A stretch of DNA of 32,000 nucleotides from Pseudoalteromonas translucida KMM 520 (lineage in GTDB: Bacteria > Pseudomonadota > Gammaproteobacteria > Enterobacterales > Alteromonadaceae), in contig NZ_CP011034.1 in NCBI RefSeq assembly GCF_001465295.1, positions 3,300,001-3,332,000 of the forward strand, in the 5' to 3' direction. Shown one piece after another: positions 9,009-16,977 of the stretch. Each line of letters starts with the position of its first letter. Within the stretch, counting starts at the first letter, position 1. The notes below the pieces were generated by a model. The model made no database searches. It was not told the DNA's origin and was given only the letters and a program-made list of their open reading frames with translations. The position numbers and the translations under genes were made by a program.

Positions 9009-9701
9009 TGGCCTTTTGCGATCAATCACACTTGGGTCGTCATCACGCTCTTCAAAATGCTCACCATTGGCAAGCGCTTTTTTTATCATTTTATTGAGCC
9101 AATAATAGCCAAATGTCGCCATGAAAATAGCCACCACTAGGCTTACTTCCCATGCGGCATAGGGGGAGGTGCCTAAATACTTTATTGGGATCCAATTTTG
9201 AATTTCGGGCGAGCCTGCCGAGGTCATAGTAAAAGTAACCGAGCCAAAAGCCAGCGTAGCCGGAATAAAGCGCCGTGGCAGGTTTGCGTCTTTAAATAAG
9301 CTAAGCGCCATCGGATACACCGAAAAAGCCACTACAAATAAACTAACACCACCATAGGTTAATACCGCACACGCTATCACTATTGCTAAAACAGCATGTT
9401 TCATACCTAGCTTGCCAACGATATAACTGGCCACGCTATCGGCAGCGCCGGTGTCTTCCATAAACTTACCAAATAGTGATCCCAGCAAGAACATAAAAAA
9501 CCATGCACTTAAAAAGCTAGCAAAACCATCCATATAAGCATTAATAAAATTAATATCAGCCGTGACAGGAAAAATTGCCATGTCGCTACTCAGTGCTACA
9601 AGTAACGCGCATAGCGGTGCGGCAATAAATAAATTTACCCCGCGCAAAGTTAAAATAATCAGCAGTATTAAACCACCTACTAGCCCTATCATGCTCAGCA
9701 T
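8997..9701 (-). pseudogene. GntP-family permease, N-terminal fragment (235 codons), terminated by a TAA supplied by the IS terminus
   Basis: MLSMIGLVGGLILLIILTLRGVNLFIAAPLCALL... is a GntP-like N-terminus. The frame ends ...HPIT, then TAA at 8996-8994, which is the first 3 nt of the IS. Confidence 0.8.
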
Positions 9702-9788
9702 AAGCTTTCCTAAAGTTATTGTTATTACAAAGATGAGGTGACATCGCAGTAATGTTAATTATATTGTTGCTTATTTGTAATTAAATAC

Positions 9789-9805
9789 ATAGCACTATGG
9801 TACTA
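9789..9805. promoter_or_regulatory. 17-bp repeat copy 1 (ATAGCACTATGGTACTA), candidate operator
   Basis: Perfect 17-mer that recurs 69 bp downstream. Its core TAGCACTATGGTACTA is partly dyad-symmetric (6 of 8 pairs). It lies in the divergent permease/TonB-receptor intergenic region. Confidence 0.45.
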
Positions 9806-9857
9806 CATAGTTAAATTTAGGCTTGCAGGTACTGTTATGTATGGGTTTAACCTGGGT

Positions 9858-9874
9858 ATAGCACTATGGTACTA
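9858..9874. promoter_or_regulatory. 17-bp repeat copy 2 (ATAGCACTATGGTACTA), candidate operator
   Basis: Identical to 9789-9805. An extra GGTACT half-site-like match lies between the copies at 9828-9833. Confidence 0.45.
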
Positions 9875-10055
9875 ATTCATTTTTTGTAACAATCTTCTAA
9901 AGTAGTTAACAGGTGACATGAGCAATGAGTAAAGGTCTGCAGCAATCTTAGTAGTTAGCGATGGCAAGGCTTAAACAACGGCACTTAGGTATAGGCAAAT
10001 AAATAGCTGGTATTTATTCCGTTGGCATTAATCACAACAATAAAAGGTAATCAAC

Positions 10056-12347
10056 ATGATAAAGCTCAATAAAAAAGTCGCACCCGTTACACTCGCTGTG
10101 TCATTGGCGCTGATCGGTGCAAATAGTTATGCAGCAGAACAACAAACTAACCAAGTTAACAAAGGCGAACTAGAGCGCATTGAAGTAACGGCGCGTAAAA
10201 CAGTAGAAAACCTACAAGAAGTACCGGTAGCCGTAACCTCTATTGGCGCACAAGAACTGGCTGAAAACGGTATTAGTGTAATGACCGAAGTACAGCAATT
10301 CTCGCCTAACACTACACTGCAATCTAGCCGTGGCACTAACTCAACTATTACTGCATTTATTAGGGGTGTAGGCCAACAAGACCCACTATGGGGATATGAA
10401 GCCGGTGTAGGTATTTATATAGATGACGTATACATAGCGCGTCCACAAGGCGCGGTACTTGACTTGCTCGACGTGCAACAAATTGAAGTATTACGCGGCC
10501 CGCAAGGCACGCTATACGGTAAAAACACTATTGGCGGCGCAATTAAATACGTCACCAAAGAAATGGATGGCGATGCAACCCTTAACATTAAAGGCACGGT
10601 AGGTAGTTATGGTCAAAAAGATTTAAAAGTTACCGGGCAACTACCGCTTATTGATGAAAAGCTCTATGTTGGCTTTGGTTTTGCTACTTTAAACCGCGAT
10701 GGTTTTGGTGAGTTTTTAACCTCAGATTTAACCAATCAAGATCGTGAAAACTACAACAAAGACGTAACCGCAGCCCGCGTTACCCTAGAGTACACGCCAA
10801 CAGATGACTTATTTTTTAAACTTGCTTGGGATAAAACTAAAGACACCTCCAACTCTAAAGGCGGCTATCGTTTACTACCTAGCATACTCACTGACGCTCC
10901 GGTACCCGACAGCGTATACGACTCTTACACCAGCTTACCTACCTGGAACGAAGTAGAGCTTGAAGGTTATAGCTTTACCGCACGTTGGGATATGAGTGAC
11001 AGCACAAGCATTAAATATGTTGGCGCCAGCCGAGATGGTTACTCGCCAACCAATATCGACTTTGATAACACCTCTAAGCGTATTTTTGATGTACCCGCTA
11101 TATATGAAGATGAGCAAACCACTCACGAAATACAACTAAATCATCAAGGCGATAACTATAAATTAGTATCGGGCTTGTATTACTACGATGGCGAGTCGTG
11201 TGGTCAGTTTGAAGCCATACTCGAAGAATTTGGTAAATCTTTAAACTTACCAGGCTTAACTCGTGAAGTAAGTGGTTGTAGTAACTCAACAAGTAAGGCT
11301 GCCTATATTCAAGGCTCTTACGACTTTGATAACAAATGGTCAATGACCCTAGGCGCGCGTTATACCAAAGACAGCAAAGAAGCGATTGTAAATAATGGCC
11401 TCATATTCGACACTGTTTACCCTGAGTCGGGCTGGATCCCTGGTTATGTTCGCCCAGAAGGACAACTAGTACCTACCGTTTTAGACGATAGCGAAGATTG
11501 GTCGCGCTTTACCCCAAGAGCGGGCGTTGAGTACCAATACAGTAACGACATTATGTTTTTTGCCAGTTACGCCCAAGGCTTTAAATCGGGTACATTTAAC
11601 CCAAGAGCCACCACGCCTGAACCAGCAGCAAAGCCAGAAGTTGTTGATTCATTTGAATTTGGTATGAAAAGCGAATGGAATAATAACTTACGCGCAAACA
11701 TTACCTTGTTTACCCTTGATCATAAAGACCGCCAGTATATTTCGGTACTCCCAGGAGACAGCGGATCTGATTTAAACCAACGTTTAGGTAATATTGGTGA
11801 ATCAACATCAGACGGCGTAGAAATAGAGCTTAACTATGTTGCCACTGAGTCACTAAGCTTTAATGCCTCAATTGGTTATATAGACAGTAGCTTTGATAAC
11901 GTAATTGATTTTGACCCAAATACCGGCGCAGCCTTTGATAAATCTGATCGCTTTAGCGTATCAAACACGCCAGACTTAACCTTTAACTTAGGCGCTACGT
12001 ACCGCATGTACACAGATATGGGCGACTTTGTAGTTAATGGTAATTACTACCACCGTGGTGATTACGCCTTATTTGAAGAAGACAGCCTACTAACCCAAGA
12101 CGCGTACGGACTGCTTAACCTAGGCGTTACTTGGTACAGCGCCGACGGCCATTGGACCGCAGGTGTATATGGTAAAAACCTTACCAATGAAGAATACATG
12201 ATTGGCGGTTACCAGTTTGTAGCACCCGATCCGAGCGATCCAACGAATGTAAGCAAATACCAGCCTGGTTTAGGCGGTGATAATACCTTAATTGGCTACT
12301 TTGGCGACCCACGTACTGTGTCGTTAACTGTTGGCTACCGCTTCTAG
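10056..12347 (+). CDS. TonB-dependent outer-membrane receptor
   Basis: 763 aa with a signal peptide ending SYA|AEQ and a plug-domain pattern (ERIEVTARK...VPVAVTSI...IEVLRGPQGTLYGKNTIGGAI). It has a long beta-barrel and a C-terminal ...TVGYRF. Confidence 0.9.
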   Translation: MIKLNKKVAPVTLAVSLALIGANSYAAEQQTNQVNKGELERIEVTARKTVENLQEVPVAVTSIGAQELAENGISVMTEVQQFSPNTTLQSSRGTNSTITAFIRGVGQQDPLWGYEAGVGIYIDDVYIARPQGAVLDLLDVQQIEVLRGPQGTLYGKNTIGGAIKYVTKEMDGDATLNIKGTVGSYGQKDLKVTGQLPLIDEKLYVGFGFATLNRDGFGEFLTSDLTNQDRENYNKDVTAARVTLEYTPTDDLFFKLAWDKTKDTSNSKGGYRLLPSILTDAPVPDSVYDSYTSLPTWNEVELEGYSFTARWDMSDSTSIKYVGASRDGYSPTNIDFDNTSKRIFDVPAIYEDEQTTHEIQLNHQGDNYKLVSGLYYYDGESCGQFEAILEEFGKSLNLPGLTREVSGCSNSTSKAAYIQGSYDFDNKWSMTLGARYTKDSKEAIVNNGLIFDTVYPESGWIPGYVRPEGQLVPTVLDDSEDWSRFTPRAGVEYQYSNDIMFFASYAQGFKSGTFNPRATTPEPAAKPEVVDSFEFGMKSEWNNNLRANITLFTLDHKDRQYISVLPGDSGSDLNQRLGNIGESTSDGVEIELNYVATESLSFNASIGYIDSSFDNVIDFDPNTGAAFDKSDRFSVSNTPDLTFNLGATYRMYTDMGDFVVNGNYYHRGDYALFEEDSLLTQDAYGLLNLGVTWYSADGHWTAGVYGKNLTNEEYMIGGYQFVAPDPSDPTNVSKYQPGLGGDNTLIGYFGDPRTVSLTVGYRF

Positions 12348-12361
12348 TTTTTCTTATGTGA

Positions 12362-12402
12362 AAGGTTTGTCTGTGTTATCCCCAACAGACAAACCTTGTT
12401 TC
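12362..12402 (+). terminator. Hairpin terminator after the TonB-dependent receptor
   Basis: Perfect 13-bp stem AAGGTTTGTCTGT/ACAGACAAACCTT with a 10-nt loop, 15 nt after the stop. It is followed only by GTTTC, a weak U-tract. Confidence 0.55.
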
Positions 12403-12448
12403 ACTGTGCAAAATCACTTATAACTAAATGTATTGGAGAATATTTGGA

Positions 12449-13111
12449 ATGTCTTTTGCTGTGAATACCATAATTGCCGACGACCACCCGTTGTTTAGAA
12501 GTGCATTACGCCAAGCAGCCGCAACCTGCGTTCCTGAAGAACATATACAAGAAACCAGCGACATAGACGGACTGTTTGCCTTACTCAAAATACACCCAGA
12601 AATAGAACTTATATTTTTAGATTTAACCATTCCCGGTGCTAATGGCCTACAAGCGCTATCGCAACTACGTAATCGTTACCCCGACATTCTAGTAATTATG
12701 GTTTCTGCCAACGAAACTCCCAGCATTATAAAACAAGCTATGAGCTTAGGTGCCGCAGGTTATATTCCTAAATCATCATCGCTCGATATAATAGGCGAAG
12801 CTATTGGCCATGTACTCAATGGCGACACTTGGCTGCCCGCAGATATTGATTTAACCGACGTAGTTGTTAATGACGAGCAAAGCAGCTTTGCCCTAAATCT
12901 CGAAAAGCTTACCCCGCAACAATACCGCGTACTTGCCATGATTGCCGACGGTTTACTGAATAAGCAAATAGCTTTTGAAATGTCGATTCAAGAAACCACT
13001 ATTAAGCAGCATGTTTCTGCTATTTTACGTAAACTCAACGTTTATAACCGCACCCAAGCTGGCATTTTATTTAACCAGCTATCGCAAGTCGGTAAGTTAG
13101 AAGTAAACTAG
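12449..13111 (+). CDS. Response regulator, REC + LuxR/FixJ-type HTH (NarL class), CrbR-like
   Basis: IIADDHPLFRSAL...FLDLTIPG (receiver Asp) and a C-terminal LTPQQYRVLAMIADGLLNKQIAFEMSIQETTIKQHVSAILRKL (LuxR HTH). I prefer ATG at 12449 (GGAG about 10 nt upstream) over the track start at 12428. Confidence 0.85.
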   Translation: MSFAVNTIIADDHPLFRSALRQAAATCVPEEHIQETSDIDGLFALLKIHPEIELIFLDLTIPGANGLQALSQLRNRYPDILVIMVSANETPSIIKQAMSLGAAGYIPKSSSLDIIGEAIGHVLNGDTWLPADIDLTDVVVNDEQSSFALNLEKLTPQQYRVLAMIADGLLNKQIAFEMSIQETTIKQHVSAILRKLNVYNRTQAGILFNQLSQVGKLEVN

Positions 13112-13135
13112 CCTACAAACACCACACCCGTAAAC

Positions 13136-16100
13136 TTACTTGGTTAGTCGCTTAATCATACGCTTTAATGCCGGTGCTTTTAGCGGTTTATACAATAGCG
13201 GATAACCAGCATCAAGCACTTGCTCACGTATGCTTTCATCATGATTTGCTGTATTTACAATTACCGGCAAATTAGTAAGCTGCGCCTTATTAAGCACCTC
13301 AAGTCCGGTTACACCATCATCGAGCTGATAATCAATTATAAGTAGTTGTGGCAATGCAGCGCTTGCTTTTAATTGCTCAAGCTCAGCTAAATTAGTTGCC
13401 GTAGCTATTTCGCAGCCCCAGTTTTGCAGTAGTTGCTTAAGTGCATCAAGCACATTTTTATCGTTATCAAGCAGCCAAATACGCAAGCGGCCTAATTCGG
13501 TATCGGGGTTAAGCATTACCCGCTGAGTAGGCTGTACCGCTTTACTTACTGTGCATGCCATGGTGAGTGTAAATTGCGTTCCTTTACCTAGCTCAGAACC
13601 CATAACCAAAGGTATATGCAGTAAGTCGCAAATACGCTTAGTGATCGACAGTCCTAACCCTAGGCCTTCGGCGTTGGGCTTTTCGCCCAGCTGTTTAAAC
13701 TCTTGATAAATACTTTGCTGATCGCTTGCGGCAATCCCCACACCGGTATCTTCAATAACAAACGACACATGGCTGTCATCTTCCAATAACACTTTTAAGC
13801 GTACTTCGCCGTGCTCGGTATAGCGTATGGCATTACTAAGTAAATTACGTAATACCCGCCGCAACAGTGCTTTATCTGTATGGATGCGTACATCGCATTG
13901 CTTTACAATAAATTTAAGGCCTTTTTCTGCTGCTAATGCCGAATAATCGTTGCGTAGCGGCTCAATTAAACTACTTACATCAAACTCGCTGGCCTGCACT
14001 TTAAATGAGCCAGAATCTAACTTGGTTAATTCTAAAATACTGCTAAGCAGCTCTTCTGCACTGCCCAATGAGTTTTTAATATTGAGTGCTAGCGCTTTTA
14101 GCTCAGAGCTTTGTGCTTTTTCGTTCATTAAAGAACAAAACAAGCTAGCGGCATTAAATGGCTGCAATAAGTCATGGCTGGCCGCCGCAAAAAAGCGGGT
14201 TTTGCTCACAGTAGCTTGCTCGGCTACTTGCTTTGCCTGCGATAACTCTTGGTTAGCTTGCGTTAATGCTGCGGTACGAGTTGCTACTTTTTCCTCTAGG
14301 CTTACATTGGCTTGCGTTAGTGCTTTTTGTTGTTTTACAAACTCGGTAATATCGGTATAAGTAGTTACAAAACCACCACCGGGCAGTGGGTTGCCTTGCA
14401 TTTCGAACACTCGGCCATCGCTGTGCGAACGCTGAAACTTATAAGCACTGCCTTGCTTTAAATACGCTAAGCGCTTATCTATTTCAATGGCAATATTACC
14501 GCTATTAAATAATCCTCGCAGCGCATTAAAGCGAATAATATCGGCTACTGGCCGGCCAATATATAAAGCATCGTCTGGGTAAGTAAACATACGTTTATAG
14601 CCTTTATTCCACGCCACTAAACGCAATTCACTATCTACCACACTTATACCTTGTTGAATGTTTTCAATTGTGGATTGTAAAAGATCGCGGTTAAATTTAA
14701 GTACTTGGCTGGCTTCATCTACAAATTCGGCCACTTGTTCTAATGGTTGGCGCTGCTCATTTTTAGCTACGTCTAAAATAAGCCGTGCCGATGCACCGCC
14801 TATTACTGCCGACATTTCACGCTCTACCAATAACTCTAATTCGGCTTTAGCTGGGCTTTTCCATTGGCTTTTATCATCAGGAAAATAATGATTAACTAAC
14901 GATTGGCTGGCCTCTTTTTCAGCAAAACGCTGCAATAAAGCCCCTAGGTCATGGTAACTCAACGGATGCAATGTAGTGTCTAGGCGTGAATCATGGGGTT
15001 GTGCAATAAATTTATTACTTTGTAATCGCTCAGCAAGAGTAGCTTGACTAAAAAAGGGCATTAATAAATACACTAAGCAATTTGCACCTAAAGATAGCAA
15101 TAACGCTTGGCTAATACTCTCCAAACCAAGCGACAATAAATCGGTAGGTGCCAGCCAAGCTATTTGCCATGGTCCTTCTGTTAGCCAGCTACTTTGGCTA
15201 CCCAGGCCACTGGCCAAGTTTGGTAATAGTAAGGTATAACCCCAAATAACAAAGCCGGTTAAAATACCCAGTTGCGCGCCTCTGCAAGAGGCATGTCGCC
15301 ACCACAAACCAATTATCATGGCAGGTGCAAACTGCGCCACTAAAGTAAACGACATTAAGCCCACTGTGGCTAAAGTGCTGGTTTCTCCAAGTACTCGGTG
15401 AGTAAAGTAACTAAGTAGTAAAATGAGCACAATAACAATTTTACGCGCATGTAATAAATTGTTTTTATCTAAACCACGGCTACTTGAGGTAAGCTGCGAG
15501 CGACGTAAAATAAACTGATTAATAAAATCATTAGTGATCATTACCGATAATACAATCGACGATACAATCACCATACTGGTTGCTGCCGAAAACCCACCTA
15601 AAAATGCCAATAACGTTACCAGCGTATTATTTGCCGCCATAGGCAATGCTAATACAAAAGAATCGTGGCCAATATCGTTGCCATTAAAATAAACCAAGCC
15701 GGCGTAAGCTATAGGCAAAATAAATAAATTAATTAGTAGCAAATAAAGTGGAAATATCCACCGCGCTTTAGCCAGTTCATTGTCGTTATTATTTTCAATA
15801 AAGCTCATATGAAACTGACGCGGCAAACATAACGTGGCTAATAGCCCTAGTAAGGTGTGCGCAACATATACATAAACAGGGCTTTGCGTAGCGGTAACTT
15901 GGGTGGGTAGTTTAAGCTCATAGGCTTTTTCGTATAAGGCGACTGGGTTATCAAATAATGCAAAGCAAACATATAAACCCACTGTAATAAATGCCAGTAA
16001 CTTTACCACCGACTCAAACGCAATACTGGCGATAAGCCCTGGGTTATGCTCGCTTGGCCGTAACCGCCTAGCACCAAATAAAATAGCAAATAAAGCTAAA

Positions 16101-16591
16101 AGTAAGGTGATATAAAAAGTACTGTCGGCCCACACCGCATTACTTTGCGTGGGTGCTCGGTCGGTAAGCAGGTTAATACTTTGCGCCGTCGCACTAAGCT
16201 GCAAAGAAATATACGGCACAATTGCAATCACCGAAATAAGCGACACCAAACCCGACAAACTCGATGATTGTCCATACCGAGTGGCTATAAAGTCGGCCAT
16301 TGAGGTAAGTTTTTGTTGCCGACAAATATGCGCAATGCGGCAATATAGCTGCCAACCAAAAATAAATAATATAATAGTGCCCGCATAAGTAGGGGCGAGC
16401 CACCAGCCATTACTTGCAGCCTGTGCGGTAGTGCCAAAAAAAGCCCACGAGGTACAATAAACCCCTAACGACAAACCATAAGTTAAGCCTTTAAAAGGTA
16501 AAACCTTACGCTTATCGGCCCACCCTGCAACAGCAAACAATATGCCTAAATACACCACGGCAATTAAGCTAATCGACCAAATAGAAAACAT
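13136..16591 (-). CDS. Hybrid sensor histidine kinase with an N-terminal sodium:solute-symporter (SSS/SLC5)-like domain, CrbS-like
   Basis: 1151 aa. About 500 aa of multi-TM SSS-like sequence, then a linker and a PAS-like region. These are followed by an H-box (FFAAASHDLLQP), HATPase motifs (NLLSNAIRYT, DTGVGI, GLGLGLSI) and a C-terminal receiver (LLDNDKNV...LIIDYQLDDG). It converges on the LuxR-type regulator with a 24-nt gap. Confidence 0.85.
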   Translation of the reverse strand: MFSIWSISLIAVVYLGILFAVAGWADKRKVLPFKGLTYGLSLGVYCTSWAFFGTTAQAASNGWWLAPTYAGTIILFIFGWQLYCRIAHICRQQKLTSMADFIATRYGQSSSLSGLVSLISVIAIVPYISLQLSATAQSINLLTDRAPTQSNAVWADSTFYITLLLALFAILFGARRLRPSEHNPGLIASIAFESVVKLLAFITVGLYVCFALFDNPVALYEKAYELKLPTQVTATQSPVYVYVAHTLLGLLATLCLPRQFHMSFIENNNDNELAKARWIFPLYLLLINLFILPIAYAGLVYFNGNDIGHDSFVLALPMAANNTLVTLLAFLGGFSAATSMVIVSSIVLSVMITNDFINQFILRRSQLTSSSRGLDKNNLLHARKIVIVLILLLSYFTHRVLGETSTLATVGLMSFTLVAQFAPAMIIGLWWRHASCRGAQLGILTGFVIWGYTLLLPNLASGLGSQSSWLTEGPWQIAWLAPTDLLSLGLESISQALLLSLGANCLVYLLMPFFSQATLAERLQSNKFIAQPHDSRLDTTLHPLSYHDLGALLQRFAEKEASQSLVNHYFPDDKSQWKSPAKAELELLVEREMSAVIGGASARLILDVAKNEQRQPLEQVAEFVDEASQVLKFNRDLLQSTIENIQQGISVVDSELRLVAWNKGYKRMFTYPDDALYIGRPVADIIRFNALRGLFNSGNIAIEIDKRLAYLKQGSAYKFQRSHSDGRVFEMQGNPLPGGGFVTTYTDITEFVKQQKALTQANVSLEEKVATRTAALTQANQELSQAKQVAEQATVSKTRFFAAASHDLLQPFNAASLFCSLMNEKAQSSELKALALNIKNSLGSAEELLSSILELTKLDSGSFKVQASEFDVSSLIEPLRNDYSALAAEKGLKFIVKQCDVRIHTDKALLRRVLRNLLSNAIRYTEHGEVRLKVLLEDDSHVSFVIEDTGVGIAASDQQSIYQEFKQLGEKPNAEGLGLGLSITKRICDLLHIPLVMGSELGKGTQFTLTMACTVSKAVQPTQRVMLNPDTELGRLRIWLLDNDKNVLDALKQLLQNWGCEIATATNLAELEQLKASAALPQLLIIDYQLDDGVTGLEVLNKAQLTNLPVIVNTANHDESIREQVLDAGYPLLYKPLKAPALKRMIKRLTK

Positions 16592-16727
16592 AGTTTTATT
16601 CTTTTAATTATTTTTATAATTATTTAACTAGCATATGTGTTTTTGCAGAAAAAAGCAGCACCCACTTTAGTGCTAACAATTCAAAACATGCACGACAAAA
16701 TAAATAAGAACTATTTGCATTTGGGTG

Positions 16728-16756
16728 TTGACACACGCTCAAATCTAACTGATAAT
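16728..16756 (+). promoter_or_regulatory. Near-consensus sigma70 promoter for the candidate sRNA
   Basis: TTGACA (16728-16733), exactly 17 nt spacer, GATAAT (16751-16756). No protein-coding ORF follows. Confidence 0.5.
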
Positions 16757-16763
16757 CACTATC
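16745..16763. promoter_or_regulatory. Fur-box-like sequence overlapping the -10 element
   Basis: CTAACTGATAATCACTATC versus consensus GATAATGATAATCATTATC gives 14/19 by hand; the 3' 13 nt match 12/13. Confidence 0.4.
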
Positions 16764-16977
16764 AACAAGAAGGGGGTACATCCTAACTTGTTACGAAATA
16801 AACTGATTTGTTTCTCGACCCTCGTGTAGCGCACGTTAACTGCTATGGTTACTTGTAAATTCAACACAACGCCCCTTGATGTTGATAACGAGTAACCGCC
16901 CTACTATTTTACTTGCTACATTGCTCATATCGGTGACGGTAGATATGAAACTAAAAAAGCCCTTACGGGCTTTTTTT
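16763..16977 (+). ncRNA. Candidate about 215-nt small RNA, possibly a RyhB-like Fur-regulated sRNA
   Basis: Bounded by the promoter above and an intrinsic terminator, with no ORF. A long-range helix pairs ATCAACA..AAGGGG (16761-16775) with CCCCTT..TGTTGAT (16872-16886), and a hairpin forms at 16925-16948. ACATTGCTCA (16918-16927) and GACCCTCG (16817-16824) match, in the same order, segments of E. coli RyhB as I recall it. TSS and identity are unverified. Confidence 0.4.
16957..16977. terminator. Bidirectional Rho-independent terminator (sRNA on +, rbgA on -)
   Basis: AAAAAA-AGCCC-TTAC-GGGCT-TTTTTTT. A- and T-tracts on both sides allow termination in either direction. Confidence 0.75.

Noticed and set aside
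9735-9920. Repeated 9-mer AGGTGACAT (near 9735 and 9912)
   Set aside because: A single 9-mer recurring within about 350 bp is plausibly chance, and the flanks do not align.
9702-10055. Possible riboswitch (e.g. cobalamin) upstream of the TonB-dependent receptor
   Set aside because: I could not find a B12-box-like motif or a convincing multi-stem leader. The region is better explained by operator-like repeats and promoters.
13950-14360. 136-aa + strand ORF (also 14658-14888 and 16149-16388) inside the hybrid kinase gene
   Set aside because: These are antisense shadow ORFs within a 1151-aa gene with clear kinase motifs. Their translations are Cys/Ser/Leu-rich with no recognisable domain.
16690-16697. 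GCACGACA octamer identical to part of the RyhB core
   Set aside because: It lies upstream of the predicted -35 element, so it would not be transcribed from the promoter I call. It is kept only as a caveat that the TSS or the RyhB interpretation may be wrong.
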